A stretch of 64,000 bases of DNA from Betaproteobacteria bacterium (lineage in GTDB: Bacteria > Pseudomonadota > Gammaproteobacteria > Burkholderiales > JACQAP01). The notes under the pieces are model-generated. The model was not told the DNA's origin, ran no database searches, and was given only the letters and a program-made list of their open reading frames with translations. The stretch lies in contig JACQAP010000013.1 in the NCBI GenBank assembly GCA_016194905.1, positions 2,671 to 66,670 of the forward strand. The letters are read 5' to 3'. This document shows positions 1-9,692 of the stretch, piece after piece (the first letter of the stretch is position 1; every line of letters begins with the position of its first letter). The translations under genes were made by a program, and so were the position numbers.

Positions 1-105
1 CCGTCCAACCTTCAGGGCCTCTATGAAGTGCGGTACGAGGGTGAGAAACTGGATTACGAGTCGACGATGAAGCTGCTGAAAGCGTTCGCCGATTTTAGAG
101 GATAG
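1..105 (+). CDS. 3' end of an unidentified ORF entering from the left edge (...LKAFADFRG*)
   Basis: Frame 1 is open from base 1 to TAG at 103-105. Only 34 codons are visible and I recognise no motif. Confidence 0.25.
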   Translation, partial: PSNLQGLYEVRYEGEKLDYESTMKLLKAFADFRG

Positions 106-361
106 ATCAATGCGAAACGATCATAAGGAAAAGAGGGCAGCGCAGCTTTGCTAGAGGTTCCCCGTAACTCGACGTCCAAAACCGATTTACGCTCGACACA
201 ATGCTACGTGTGGTCGACTCCACATCGACCACAGCCCTCTTCTATTTCTTAGCTTAGCCCAGGAAACCACGATGGCATATAACCCTCTTCTACTAAGCGC
301 TTACTCTTCGCTTACTCGAAAGCGATGCAGATCCAGTTAGTCTTGTAAGTCAATGATTTTA

Positions 362-438
362 TGGTGGGCCCGGTGGGACTCGAACCCACGACCAAAGGAT
401 TATGAGTCCTCTGCTCTAACCGGCTGAGCTACAGGCCC
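362..438 (-). tRNA. ileX: tRNA with anticodon CAU, most likely tRNA-Ile2 (lysidine type, ileX-like) rather than elongator tRNA-Met
   Basis: The reverse complement GGGCCUGUAGCUCAGCCGGUUAGAGCAGAGGACUCAUAAUCCUUUGGUCGUGGGUUCGAGUCCCACCGGGCCCACCA folds as a 77-nt cloverleaf. It has a 7-bp acceptor stem, GCUC/GAGC D stem, GAGGA/UCCUU anticodon stem, CAU anticodon, GUGGG/CCCAC T stem, a UUCGAGU T loop and an encoded CCA. The C4-G69 and C5-G68 pairs and the location just downstream of rpoD resemble E. coli ileX. Confidence 0.85.
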
Positions 439-459
439 GTTTGAAAACAGCTGCGGCAC

Positions 460-490
460 AAAAAAGGCCGGGTGAAGAACCCGGCCATTT
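460..490 (-). terminator. Rho-independent terminator downstream of rpoD
   Basis: On the minus strand, GGCCGGG-TTCTTCA-CCCGGCC is followed by TTTTTTGTG, about 27 nt after the rpoD stop. Confidence 0.6.
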
Positions 491-516
491 TATGTCCCCT
501 CGCGGGGAATTGCTGG

Positions 517-2421
517 TTAATTATTATCCAGAAAACTGCGCAAGCGCTCGGAGCGCGAAGGATGACGCAGTTTACGCAAGGCCTTCGCCTCGATCTGGCG
601 AATGCGTTCGCGGGTGACATCGAACTGCTTGCCGACTTCTTCCAGCGTGTGGTCGGTATTCATCTCGATGCCGAAGCGCATGCGCAGCACCTTGGCTTCG
701 CGCGGCGTCAGCGTATCCAGCACTTCCTTGGTGGCGTCGCGCAGGCTCGTATAGATCGCCGCGTCCGAAGGTGCCATGGTCGCCTGGTCTTCGATGAAAT
801 CGCCCAGGTGCGAATCGTCGTCGTCGCCGATCGGCGTTTCCATCGAAATCGGTTCCTTGGAGATCTTCAGGATCTTGCGGATTTTCTCCTCGGGCATCTC
901 CATCTTGACCGCCAGCGTCGCCGGGTCCGGCTCCTGCCCGGTCTCCTGGAGTATCTGGCGCGAGATACGATTCATCTTGTTGATGGTCTCGATCATATGC
1001 ACCGGAATGCGGATGGTGCGAGCCTGGTCGGCGATCGAACGCGTGATGGCCTGGCGGATCCACCACGTCGCATAGGTGGAAAATTTGTAGCCCCGGCGAT
1101 ACTCGAACTTGTCGACCGCTTTCATCAGACCGATGTTGCCTTCCTGGATCAGGTCGAGAAATTGCAGGCCGCGGTTGGTGTATTTCTTGGCAATGGAGAT
1201 CACCAGGCGCAAATTGGCCTCGGTCATTTCACGTTTGGCGCGGCGCGCCTTGGCCTCGCCAGTGGACATCTGACGATTGATTTCCTTCAGGTCCTTGACC
1301 GGAATGCCAACGCGCTTCTGCAAGTCGATCAGTGCCTGCTGCTGCTCGAGGATTGCCGGCGCAAAACGCGAAAGGACTTCGCTATAAGGTTTGCGTCCGC
1401 CGACTTCGCGTCCGACCCAGTTCAGATCTTCCTCGTTGCCCGGAAAGGTCTTGATGAAATACGCGCGCGGCATTGCCGACTTCTCCACACACAATTCCAT
1501 GATCGCGCGTTCGTACGAACGCACTTCTTCCACCAGACCGCGCAGGCCGTCGCACAAGGCTTCCACCTGCTTGGCGGAAAAACGGATGAACATGAGCTCG
1601 GCGGAAATTTCCTCCTGGGTCTTGAGATAAGACCGGCTGCGCGATCCGTTCTTGGCCAGCGCCTTGATCATCTTGTTGTACAGCACGCGGATCTTGGCGA
1701 AGCGTTCGAGCGAGTCGGCCTTCAGTTGCAGCATTGCCGCGTTTTGCACTGCGGCGCCGTCGTCGTCTTCGCCTTCCTCGGTTCCGAGGTCTTCCTCGAG
1801 CTCTTCTTCGGAGATTTCCTCGGCGAGCGCTTCTTCCGGCGCGTTCGGATCGATCAGGCCATCGACGACCTCATCGATGCGCATTTCTTCGCGTTCGATT
1901 TTTTCGGCGAGGGTCAGGATCTCGGCAATAGTCGTAGGACAGGCGGAGATCGCCTGGATCATGTGCTTCAAACCGTCTTCGATGCGCTTGGCGATCTCGA
2001 TTTCGCCTTCGCGAGTCAGCAGTTCCACGGAGCCCATCTCGCGCATGTACATGCGAACCGGGTCGGTGGTGCGTCCGAACTCGGAGTCGACGGTGGACAG
2101 TGCCTGCTCGGCTTCTTCGACCACGTCTTCGTCCGGAACGATGGCCGGCGTGGTTTCGTTCATCAACAGGGTTTCCGCGTCCGGCGCTTCGTCGTAAACC
2201 TGGATGCCCATGTCGTTGATCATGCTGATGATGTTCTCGATCTGCTCGGCATCCAGCATGTCGTCCGGCAGATGATCGTTGATCTCGGCATAGGTCAGAT
2301 AGCCGCGCTCCTTGCCGAGGACGATCAGGTTTTTCAGGCGCATGCGCCGGGCTTCAGCATCGATCGGCTGCTGAACCTGCACCTGCTCCTTGCTCTGTTC
2401 CTTGCGTCTTTCCCTAGCCAT
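517..2421 (-). CDS. rpoD: RNA polymerase sigma-70 factor RpoD
   Basis: The 634-aa ORF has an acidic region-1 spacer, region 2 ([50 protein letters not shown]) and region 4 ([30 protein letters not shown]). It lies in the dnaG-rpoD context. Confidence 0.97.
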   Translation of the reverse strand: MARERRKEQSKEQVQVQQPIDAEARRMRLKNLIVLGKERGYLTYAEINDHLPDDMLDAEQIENIISMINDMGIQVYDEAPDAETLLMNETTPAIVPDEDVVEEAEQALSTVDSEFGRTTDPVRMYMREMGSVELLTREGEIEIAKRIEDGLKHMIQAISACPTTIAEILTLAEKIEREEMRIDEVVDGLIDPNAPEEALAEEISEEELEEDLGTEEGEDDDGAAVQNAAMLQLKADSLERFAKIRVLYNKMIKALAKNGSRSRSYLKTQEEISAELMFIRFSAKQVEALCDGLRGLVEEVRSYERAIMELCVEKSAMPRAYFIKTFPGNEEDLNWVGREVGGRKPYSEVLSRFAPAILEQQQALIDLQKRVGIPVKDLKEINRQMSTGEAKARRAKREMTEANLRLVISIAKKYTNRGLQFLDLIQEGNIGLMKAVDKFEYRRGYKFSTYATWWIRQAITRSIADQARTIRIPVHMIETINKMNRISRQILQETGQEPDPATLAVKMEMPEEKIRKILKISKEPISMETPIGDDDDSHLGDFIEDQATMAPSDAAIYTSLRDATKEVLDTLTPREAKVLRMRFGIEMNTDHTLEEVGKQFDVTRERIRQIEAKALRKLRHPSRSERLRSFLDNN

Positions 2422-2491
2422 TTTCCTTATTCCCTCGAAAACAACCGCTTATGAACAGCCGGACAAAAAAGAACCGCGCATTATACCGGAG

Positions 2492-4252
2492 TCATCCGGG
2501 CGTTTCATTCGCGGCGCCCTGCTGAAGGCGGCGAAATTGTTCCTTTTCCTCGGACGTCCAGCTCTGCCGTTTGCTCTTTTCCAGCAACAACGTGATTCGC
2601 ACGTGGCGAAAACGTTCGACCAGCCTCTCCCAGGCGCCGACAAATTCGGCCTGCAACGCCTCTTGATCCAGTTTTTCCCACTTCAAGCTGCCCACCTCGA
2701 TCTCATGGGCAAGAAGCTCGAACTCGCCACCGCGAAAATGCTCGGCCACGCTACGTACATTGTTCTGGCTGACACAAAGCTCAAGCACTTTCGTCAGCAA
2801 CACAACCTCGGACTGCGGGAGTTCACTAGAGGCAAGATCGGCGTTTTCACGAAGCCGGTCCGAATCCGCCAACGCCGCGAGAGAGGGCTGGAACGCGAGC
2901 ATTTCCACCAGCGCTCGAATCAGGGAGGGCTTGATCGACTCACGCCGTTCAGTCGCGCGGGCGCGTGCTACTCCTTTGATTTCAAAACTGCGGTCGAGTT
3001 CGGCCTCGGACACGCCGGCCAGCTCGGCAATCTGCTTGCGCAACATCAGGGACAGCATGGGCGCAGGCACCTGTTTGACCAGCGGCTTGGTCTCCTGCAA
3101 GAACTTTGCCCGACCCTCCGCCGTGCGCATGTCGACGTGCGAGGTCAGTTCCTGCACCAGAAACTCCGACAGCGGCGGCGCCGCTTCGAGCAGGTTTCCG
3201 AAGGCTTGCTTGCCGTGAGCGCGCACGAAGCTGTCCGGATCATGCTCGGGTGGCAGAAAAAGAAAGCGCACCTGCTTTCCATCCTGCAATTGCGCCAGGC
3301 TGTTTTCCAATGCACGCCAGGCGGCACGCCGTCCCGCTGCGTCGCCATCGAAGCAGTAAATGACGTTGTCGGTCTGTCGAAGCAGTTTCTGCACCTGCCA
3401 GGGTGTTGTCGCCGTGCCGAGAGTCGCCACTGCGTAGCCGATGTCGTATTGGGCCAGCGCCACTACGTCCATATAACCTTCGACCACCACCACGCGCTCC
3501 GCGTCGCGTATTGCGCCTCTCGCCTGAAACAGTCCGTAAAGTTCGCGCCCCTTCTCGAAAAGCGGCGTTTCCGGTGAATTGAGATATTTCGGTTCGCCCT
3601 GGTCGATCACCCGTCCGCCGAAGCCGATGATCGCGCCACGCTGGTTGTGGATCGGAAACATGATGCGGTCGCGGAAGCGGTCGTAGCGCCGGCCTTCTTC
3701 GCTTGCGATCACCAGCCCGGCCTCAGTCAGCGATTTCGACTGGTATTCGGGGAAAACCGCTTCCAGGTTTTGCCATCCGTCCGGCGCGTAGCCCAGGCCA
3801 TAACGCGCGGCGATTTCGCCGGTCAATCCGCGGTTCTTCAGATAGGCGACGGCTTTGTCGGATGACTTGAGCTGCGCTTTATAAAACTGGGCTGCTTTGA
3901 GCGTGACTTCCGTCAGGTCTTCGGCAGTCTCTGCCTTTTCCTTGCGCTGCGGATCCGGTGTCTGCTCGGGAACGACCATGCCGACACGGCCCGCCAGATC
4001 CCTGACTGCGTCGACAAAGCCCATGCCCTGATGCTCCATCAGAAAACTAATGGCGGTGCCGTGCGCTCCGCAACCGAAGCAGTGGTAAAACTGCTTGGTC
4101 TGGCTGACAGTGAACGACGGCGATTTTTCGCTATGGAACGGGCAACGGGCAGCGTAGTTGGAGCCGGCACGCTTGAGCGGGACATAAGACTCGACCACGT
4201 CCACGATGTCCACCCGGTTGAGAAGGTCCTGAATAAACGACTGCGGAATCAT
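2492..4252 (-). CDS. dnaG: DNA primase DnaG
   Basis: The 586-aa ORF has an N-terminal zinc finger (CPFHSEKSPSFTVSQTKQFYHCFGCGAHG) and TOPRIM motifs (VVVVEGYMDVV, DGDAAG). It sits between rpsU/yqeY and rpoD. Confidence 0.95.
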   Translation of the reverse strand: MIPQSFIQDLLNRVDIVDVVESYVPLKRAGSNYAARCPFHSEKSPSFTVSQTKQFYHCFGCGAHGTAISFLMEHQGMGFVDAVRDLAGRVGMVVPEQTPDPQRKEKAETAEDLTEVTLKAAQFYKAQLKSSDKAVAYLKNRGLTGEIAARYGLGYAPDGWQNLEAVFPEYQSKSLTEAGLVIASEEGRRYDRFRDRIMFPIHNQRGAIIGFGGRVIDQGEPKYLNSPETPLFEKGRELYGLFQARGAIRDAERVVVVEGYMDVVALAQYDIGYAVATLGTATTPWQVQKLLRQTDNVIYCFDGDAAGRRAAWRALENSLAQLQDGKQVRFLFLPPEHDPDSFVRAHGKQAFGNLLEAAPPLSEFLVQELTSHVDMRTAEGRAKFLQETKPLVKQVPAPMLSLMLRKQIAELAGVSEAELDRSFEIKGVARARATERRESIKPSLIRALVEMLAFQPSLAALADSDRLRENADLASSELPQSEVVLLTKVLELCVSQNNVRSVAEHFRGGEFELLAHEIEVGSLKWEKLDQEALQAEFVGAWERLVERFRHVRITLLLEKSKRQSWTSEEKEQFRRLQQGAANETPG

Positions 4253-4448
4253 GCGTCGGGATATCTCGCGGTCAGTTCCTACTGGTTTCAGGCCCGGCCG
4301 CCGTCAGCAGGACATCCGGCAGCTTTCGAAGAATTATAGGTCAGTTTCCATGAATTTCCGGGAAAGCCGATCTTCCTTCACAAAGCCGCTTTTGTCCTCT
4401 GCGAGAACGGGTTAACGCCGGAAATACGAGTCGGGATTGCCGCCTCCG

Positions 4449-4895
4449 CTAGCCGGAAAGCCTGGTTTTCACCAGCGCGGACACCTTGCCCATGTCCGCG
4501 CGACCGGCCAGCCTGGGTTTCAACAATGCCATCACCTTGCCCATATCGGCCATGAGCTTGGCACCGCTGCTCGAAATGGCCTCGGTCACCGCCGCATCGA
4601 CTTCGGCAGCCGACATCGCTGCAGGCATGTAGCCCTGGAGTACGGTGATCTCGAACTGCTCTTTGTCCGCGAGATCCTGGCGACCGCCCTTCTCGAATTG
4701 CTCGATGGAATCGCGCCGCTGCTTGATCATCTTCTCGATGATCGCCAGGACGTCGGTATCGGCCAATTCGATGCGCTCATCCACCTCACGTTGTTTGAGC
4801 GCGGCCAGCAGCAGGCGAATTGCCGACAACCGCGGCGCGTCTTTGGCGCGCATCGCGGTCTTCATGTCTTCAACGATCTGGGCTCTTAGAAGCAT
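4449..4895 (-). CDS. GatB/YqeY domain-containing protein
   Basis: The 148-aa ORF begins LRAQIVEDMKTAMRAKD...RLSAIRLLLAALKQ, typical of the YqeY family. It is inserted between rpsU and dnaG. Confidence 0.8.
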   Translation of the reverse strand: MLLRAQIVEDMKTAMRAKDAPRLSAIRLLLAALKQREVDERIELADTDVLAIIEKMIKQRRDSIEQFEKGGRQDLADKEQFEITVLQGYMPAAMSAAEVDAAVTEAISSSGAKLMADMGKVMALLKPRLAGRADMGKVSALVKTRLSG

Positions 4896-4920
4896 GGGAG
4901 TTGATATGGGGGTGAATTCC

Positions 4921-4958
4921 AGAAAAGCAAAACGGTGAATGGCATCCCATTCACCGTC
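4921..4958 (-). terminator. Intra-operon rho-independent terminator/attenuator after rpsU
   Basis: A perfect 11-bp stem ACGGTGAATGG/CCATTCACCGT with a 4-nt loop is followed on the minus strand by TTTGCTTTTCT. This is the same position as terminator T1 in the E. coli rpsU-dnaG-rpoD operon. Confidence 0.6.
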
Positions 4959-4980
4959 TGAATCTTGAACTGCTGCCGGC

Positions 4981-5193
4981 TCAGTAAAGCTTCGGCGGAA
5001 GCAACTGGCTGCGAAGGCGCTTATGGTGGCGCTTGACCGCGGCCGCCAGCTTGCGTTTGCGCTCGGACGTGGGCTTTTCGTAGAATTCGCGCGCCCGCAA
5101 CTCAGTCAGCAGACCGGTTTTTTCCACCGTGCGCTTGAAACGGCGCATCGCCACTTCGAACGGCTCATTTTCCTTGACACGAATCGTCGGCAT
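4981..5193 (-). CDS. rpsU: 30S ribosomal protein S21
   Basis: The 70-aa product is [48 protein letters not shown]... The ORF-track version (105 aa) is an upstream extension, so I chose the internal ATG at 5193. Confidence 0.93.
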   Translation of the reverse strand: MPTIRVKENEPFEVAMRRFKRTVEKTGLLTELRAREFYEKPTSERKRKLAAAVKRHHKRLRSQLLPPKLY

Positions 5194-5355
5194 AAAAAAT
5201 ACTGTCCTGGGAAGGTCGACAAAAACGAAGGGCCGAATTCTAGCAATAATCCCCTGATTTGCAAACACAAGCGGGAAGTCGCGTGGATTCCGTATCATGC
5301 ACGGTCAGCGAATCCCCTTCCGAATCACCAGGCAAGCCCTAAAACTCAAGAACTT

Positions 5356-6378
5356 ATGCTAGTCCTCGGCATCGAGACGTCTTGCGATGAAACCGGCGTT
5401 GCCCTGTTCGATACCCGGGCAGGCCTGCTTGGCCATACGCTCTTTTCGCAGGTCGCCATGCACGCGGAGTACGGCGGGGTGGTGCCGGAACTGGCTTCCC
5501 GCGATCACGTCCGCCGGCTGCTGCCGCTGATCCGCCAATTGCTCGGGCAAACCGGCCGAGCGCTGAACGATATCGATGGGATCGCTTATACCCAGGGACC
5601 GGGACTGGCCGGTGCCTTGCTGGTCGGAGCAAGCGTGGCGGCGAGCCTTGGTTTCGCCCTCGGCGTCCCGGTAATCGGACTGCATCATCTGGAAGGACAT
5701 CTGCTGTCGCCATTGCTCACGACCCCGGCGCCTCATTTCCCTTTCGTGGCGTTGCTGGTTTCCGGCGGTCATACCCAGCTCATGAAGGTTGGCGCAGTCG
5801 GCGACTATGAATTGCTGGGAGAGACCGTCGACGACGCAGCGGGCGAAGCTTTCGACAAAACCGCAAAGCTGCTCGGCTTGCCCTACCCCGGCGGGCCAGC
5901 CCTCGCCGAACTTGCCGATTCCGGAAATCCGAAACGATTCAAATTGCCCCGACCCATGATTGCCAGCGGCGATCTGAATTTCAGCTTCTCGGGATTGAAG
6001 ACCGCTGCGTTGACGCTTGCGAGCCGCGAGGACGCGACCGCACAAAACAAAGCCGATATCGCCGCTGCGTTTCAAAATGCAATCGTCGACGTGCTCGTGG
6101 CCAAATCGACCGATGCCGTATCGCGTACCGGACTGGACCAGTTGGTGGTGGCCGGCGGCGTTGGCGCCAACCGACGCCTGCGGGAGGCATTGGGCGCAAA
6201 GGCTGCATCGGAGGGATTCGAGGTGTTCTATCCGCCACTGGATTTGTGCACAGACAATGGCGCGATGATCGCCTATGCCGGCGCGCAGCGACTCGAGTCC
6301 GGCGTCAGCAAGTCTCGCGGCTTCTCGGTGCATCCGCGCTGGGAGCTGGAAGAACTCAGGCGCCCCGAGAAAGCCTGA
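5356..6378 (+). CDS. tsaD: tRNA N6-adenosine threonylcarbamoyltransferase TsaD
   Basis: The protein starts [19 protein letters not shown] and carries the [10 protein letters not shown] metal motif. It is 340 aa and divergent from rpsU, as in E. coli. The ORF-track start at 5023 runs through rpsU antisense. Confidence 0.93.
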   Translation: MLVLGIETSCDETGVALFDTRAGLLGHTLFSQVAMHAEYGGVVPELASRDHVRRLLPLIRQLLGQTGRALNDIDGIAYTQGPGLAGALLVGASVAASLGFALGVPVIGLHHLEGHLLSPLLTTPAPHFPFVALLVSGGHTQLMKVGAVGDYELLGETVDDAAGEAFDKTAKLLGLPYPGGPALAELADSGNPKRFKLPRPMIASGDLNFSFSGLKTAALTLASREDATAQNKADIAAAFQNAIVDVLVAKSTDAVSRTGLDQLVVAGGVGANRRLREALGAKAASEGFEVFYPPLDLCTDNGAMIAYAGAQRLESGVSKSRGFSVHPRWELEELRRPEKA

Positions 6379-6973
6379 TGCGGCTTTCGGTGCCATTCAT
6401 CAGACGCTCGATATTGCCGCGGTGACGCCAGAGCAGCAGCGCGGTCATGGCCAGCACCATCCAGACGAAGGGTCCCCAGCCGAGAAAATAAAGCGTCGCG
6501 ACCGGTGCGGCCAGCGCAGCCACGATCGACGCCAGCGACGAATAGCGCGACGCCAGCACGGTCAACAGCCAGACCAGTAGCACGACGCCTGCAATGCGCC
6601 CATCCAGCGCCAGCAAGATGCCTGCGGCAGTCGACACGCCTTTGCCGCCCTTGAAGCGGAAATACACCGGAAACAAATGACCGATGAAAGCGGCGAATGC
6701 CACTGCAGCCAGCGTGATCTCACCCACCTCAAACTCCGGCGCCAATCGCCGTGCCAACCATAGCGCGATCGCCCCTTTGGCGGCGTCACCGATCAAGGTG
6801 AGCACAGCCGCAGCCTTTTTTCCGGTCCGCAATACGTTGGTTGCCCCGGGGTTGCCGGAGCCGTAAGTGTGCGGATCCGGGAGACCGAAACACCGGCTGA
6901 CGACGACCGCGAACGAAATCGACCCGATCAGGTAAGCCACGACGACGAATACGATGGGCGCCATTGGAATCAT
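6356..6973 (-). CDS. plsY: Glycerol-3-phosphate acyltransferase PlsY
   Basis: The 205-aa polytopic membrane protein has [15 protein letters not shown] and FKGGKGV motifs. Its 3' end overlaps tsaD convergently by 23 nt. Confidence 0.9.
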   Translation of the reverse strand: MIPMAPIVFVVVAYLIGSISFAVVVSRCFGLPDPHTYGSGNPGATNVLRTGKKAAAVLTLIGDAAKGAIALWLARRLAPEFEVGEITLAAVAFAAFIGHLFPVYFRFKGGKGVSTAAGILLALDGRIAGVVLLVWLLTVLASRYSSLASIVAALAAPVATLYFLGWGPFVWMVLAMTALLLWRHRGNIERLMNGTESRIRLSRGA

Positions 6974-6982
6974 TCTCCCCTG

Positions 6983-7879
6983 TTATCCCCGCGGATGATG
7001 CTTGGCATGCAACTGCTTGAGCCTTTCGCGCGCTACATGCGTGTAGATCTGTGTCGTGGAGATATCCGCATGACCTAGCAGCATTTGCACAACCCGCAAG
7101 TCGGCGCCGTGATTGAGTAGATGCGTGGCGAAGGCATGACGCAACGTATGCGGCGATATCCCCTTCCGGATGCCCGCCCGGTCGGCGTAGCGCCGGATCA
7201 GATACCAGAACGCCTGCCTCGTCATCGATGCCCCGCGCGAGGTGATGAATAACGCATCCGCCTGCCTGCCAGCAAGAATTTCGGGACGCGCGTTGTCCAT
7301 GTAGCGCCGGATCCAAGTCAGCGCCTCCTCACCCACCGGAACCAGTCGTTCCTTGCTCCCCTTGCCAACGACTCGCACCACGCCCATGTCCTGGCTAAGC
7401 TGGGCAACCTGCATCGTCACCAGTTCGGACACCCGCAGCCCGCTGGCATAGAGCGCTTCCAGCATGGATTTGTCACGCAACCCGAGAGGCGTTTCGACAT
7501 TCGGCGCGGCCAGCAGCCCATCGACATCTTCCTCGGTCAGTATCTTGGGCAGGCTGCGCGGCAGTTTCGGAGATTCCACCTGCAGCGTCGGGTCCCCTTG
7601 AATTCGATTCTCCCTGAGCAAAAACCGGTAGAACCGTTTGAGGCTGGACAACAAACGAGCCGCCGAGCGCGGCCTGGCCTTGCGCTGAAATTTGTAAGCC
7701 AGGTAGTCGAGAAGATCCACGCGCTGTGCTTGCAGCAGGGTCTTGCCACGATCCGCGGACAGCCATGCGGAGAAAAGCCGCAAGTCGCGCCGATAGCTCT
7801 CGAGCGTATTGCGCGACAGGCCGTCTTCGAGCCAGAGTGCATCGCAAAATTCGTCGAGCAAGGCCTCGTTCGTCGGCAT
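6983..7879 (-). CDS. xerD: Site-specific tyrosine recombinase XerD
   Basis: The 298-aa ORF is near-collinear with E. coli XerD (FCDALWLE..., LRHAFATHLLNHGADLRVVQMLLGHADISTTQIYTHV). Confidence 0.9.
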   Translation of the reverse strand: MPTNEALLDEFCDALWLEDGLSRNTLESYRRDLRLFSAWLSADRGKTLLQAQRVDLLDYLAYKFQRKARPRSAARLLSSLKRFYRFLLRENRIQGDPTLQVESPKLPRSLPKILTEEDVDGLLAAPNVETPLGLRDKSMLEALYASGLRVSELVTMQVAQLSQDMGVVRVVGKGSKERLVPVGEEALTWIRRYMDNARPEILAGRQADALFITSRGASMTRQAFWYLIRRYADRAGIRKGISPHTLRHAFATHLLNHGADLRVVQMLLGHADISTTQIYTHVARERLKQLHAKHHPRG

Positions 7880-8364
7880 CAGTAGGCGCCTGGATTTTCG
7901 TGATGCAGCAACCAGCGCTTGACGTCGATTGCAGCGCCGCGGCGGGCATTCATGAAGCCACCGATGCCCTGGCTGCCGACTACTCGGTGGCAGGGGATCA
8001 GGATTGGGATGTGATTCGCGCCGCAGGCTGTGCCGACCGGGCGCGGAGCCGAACCGACCCGCTTGGCTACCTGCAGATAGGAGAGCACAGCCCCCACGGG
8101 AATGGAGCGGACGGCCTTCCAGACCCTGGTCTGAAAATCGGTACCGTCGTAGTCGAAAGGCAGATCGAAATCGAAATTCGGCTCGTTGAGATACGCCTTA
8201 AGCTGCCGGCACACTTCTTTGGCGAACGGCGTCTGCGGCTTGAGCGGTGCCGCACCGCGCGGAAGATACTCGATGCGGACAAGTCGCTCGCCGATGGTAC
8301 ACACGCCGATCACTGCGAACGGTGCCTCGATCTTCGCCTGCCAGGATTCCAGCAGCGTATTCAT
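7879..8364 (-). CDS. ogt: Methylated-DNA--protein-cysteine methyltransferase (Ogt/MGMT)
   Basis: The 161-aa product from ATG 8364 has the PCHRV active site (IPILIPCHRVVGS). Its stop overlaps the xerD start (TGATG). Confidence 0.85.
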   Translation of the reverse strand: MNTLLESWQAKIEAPFAVIGVCTIGERLVRIEYLPRGAAPLKPQTPFAKEVCRQLKAYLNEPNFDFDLPFDYDGTDFQTRVWKAVRSIPVGAVLSYLQVAKRVGSAPRPVGTACGANHIPILIPCHRVVGSQGIGGFMNARRGAAIDVKRWLLHHENPGAY

Positions 8365-8423
8365 GATTTGCGCAGTTTCTGCATCGCCACCACCGCAATC
8401 ACCAAAAGCACAGCAGAGATTCG

Positions 8424-9251
8424 TTGTTCTGGTGCAGGCATTGTAGCAATGCGATGAGACGAGCAGGGAGTGGTCCGACTTGGCTATACTTTGCATTCGA
8501 CAGACGCATCCGAGACAAAACAAGCCGGACGACTCAAGTGACTGATCTCGATCAATCGAAGGTTTCCACCTGCAGTTTCGAAGCAACGCAATTGCACGTG
8601 GGCGAACGCCTCCAGTTGGAGTTGGTCGCCGACAGTTCACGCAGCCATTACTACACGACCCTGATCGGATTCGTGCCCGGACACAGCGTATTGATACGCA
8701 CGCCACTGGCTCAAAATCTGCCGATTCCGGTACCCGAGGGGGCAGCCGTTCTGGTCCGGGCTTTCTCGGGTCGCCATGCCTTTACCCTGGAGTCCAGGGT
8801 TGATCGCGTCTGCCGCTCGCCCTATCCTTACATCCATCTCGCCTATCCGGCTCAGGTGCAACAGACGCTGATCCGGGGCGCATTGCGTGTACGCGTCGCA
8901 TTGCCGGGTACCACCTCGAACTCGCCCGGACAGGTCGATGCGCCGCCACGTGCAGTAACGCTTTCCGACCTCAGCGTCTCCGGAGCACAGTTGGACACAG
9001 GGCTCAGTCTCGGGGAGTTGGGAGAGAGGTTCGTGCTCACATTCAAATTCGTGGTCCAGCCCAACAACTACGAGGTAAAGCTGACAACGCCCGCGCAGAT
9101 CCAGAGCGTACGCAAGATCAGAAAGGGAAATACCCCGGAAGAGATGTTCTCGCTTGGGGTGCGCTTCAACAAGCTGCACGCCACCGAAGGATTGCTGTTG
9201 CAGAGTTACATCCAGCAGGTATTGCTGTCGGATCGATCGCGCGTGGTTTAG
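8424..9251 (+). CDS. PilZ domain-containing (YcgR-like, c-di-GMP-binding) protein; start uncertain
   Basis: The C-terminal half carries PilZ signatures: RxxxR (IRGALRVRV) and D/NxSxxG (LSDLSVSGAQL). There is no in-frame ATG near the N-terminus, so candidate starts are TTG 8424 or GTG 8538. Confidence 0.7.
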   Translation: MFWCRHCSNAMRRAGSGPTWLYFAFDRRIRDKTSRTTQVTDLDQSKVSTCSFEATQLHVGERLQLELVADSSRSHYYTTLIGFVPGHSVLIRTPLAQNLPIPVPEGAAVLVRAFSGRHAFTLESRVDRVCRSPYPYIHLAYPAQVQQTLIRGALRVRVALPGTTSNSPGQVDAPPRAVTLSDLSVSGAQLDTGLSLGELGERFVLTFKFVVQPNNYEVKLTTPAQIQSVRKIRKGNTPEEMFSLGVRFNKLHATEGLLLQSYIQQVLLSDRSRVV

Positions 9252-9260
9252 GCGCCTGCC

Positions 9261-9296
9261 AAAAAAATAAGACGGCACCGGGCCGCCTTATTTTTT
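9261..9296. terminator. Bidirectional terminator between the PilZ gene and rplS
   Basis: An imperfect palindrome ATAAGACGGC-ACCGG-GCCGCCTTAT is flanked by an A-run on the left and a T-run on the right, between two convergent genes. Confidence 0.5.
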
Positions 9297-9314
9297 CATT
9301 CAGAAACCATTCTC

Positions 9315-9692
9315 TTACTCGCCTTCCGCCACCTTTTCGGTTTCGAGCTTTTCGCGGATACGCGCCGATTTGCCGGAGCGATCGCGCAGGTAGTAAAGCT
9401 TGGCGCGGCGCACGTCGCCGCGGCGCTTGAGTTCGATACTCGCGATCAGCGGAGAGTAGGTCTGGAAAGTCCGCTCCACCCCTTCACCCGACGACATCTT
9501 GCGTACGATAAACGAGGAATTGAGCCCCCGATTGCGTATTGCAATCACCACGCCCTCGTAGGCCTGGACGCGCTTGCGGTCGCCTTCCACTACGTTCACG
9601 TTGACTATCACGGTATCGCCCGGCGCAAAGTCGGGAATGTTTTTCCCGAGGCGGGCGATTTCTTCCTGCTCGATTTTCTGTATGAGATTCAT
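9315..9692 (-). CDS. rplS: 50S ribosomal protein L19
   Basis: The 125-aa product is [51 protein letters not shown]... Its ATG overlaps the trmD stop (ATGA). Confidence 0.95.
   Translation of the reverse strand: MNLIQKIEQEEIARLGKNIPDFAPGDTVIVNVNVVEGDRKRVQAYEGVVIAIRNRGLNSSFIVRKMSSGEGVERTFQTYSPLIASIELKRRGDVRRAKLYYLRDRSGKSARIREKLETEKVAEGE

Noticed and set aside
210-232. An 8-bp inverted repeat GTGGTCGA-N7-TCGACCAC downstream of the left-edge ORF.
   Set aside because: No U-tract follows on either strand, and it lies ~105 nt from the nearest stop codon. The evidence is too weak to call it a terminator or a binding site.
298-317. A tandem CGCTTACTC duplication near the tRNA.
   Set aside because: There are only two 9-bp copies, which is compatible with chance or slippage. 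It is not a CRISPR array, an att site or a microsatellite of note.
472-2454. A 660-aa ORF on the plus strand, fully antisense to rpoD. Similar long antisense ORFs lie opposite tsaD (5359-6396), zapD (18685-19671), secA (23198-24643), murE (41112-42149), ftsI (42545-43537), rsmH (44841-45932), the MocR gene (58743-59489) and the lactonase (60662-61696).
   Set aside because: Each lies opposite a gene with unmistakable family motifs. Their translations are low-complexity and Arg/Ala/Gly-rich, with no recognisable domains. Long stop-free antisense frames are an expected by-product of GC-rich codon bias.
5023-5355. An N-terminal 111-codon extension of tsaD in the ORF track.
   Set aside because: It runs antisense through rpsU. 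TsaD homology starts at [14 protein letters not shown] (ATG 5356).
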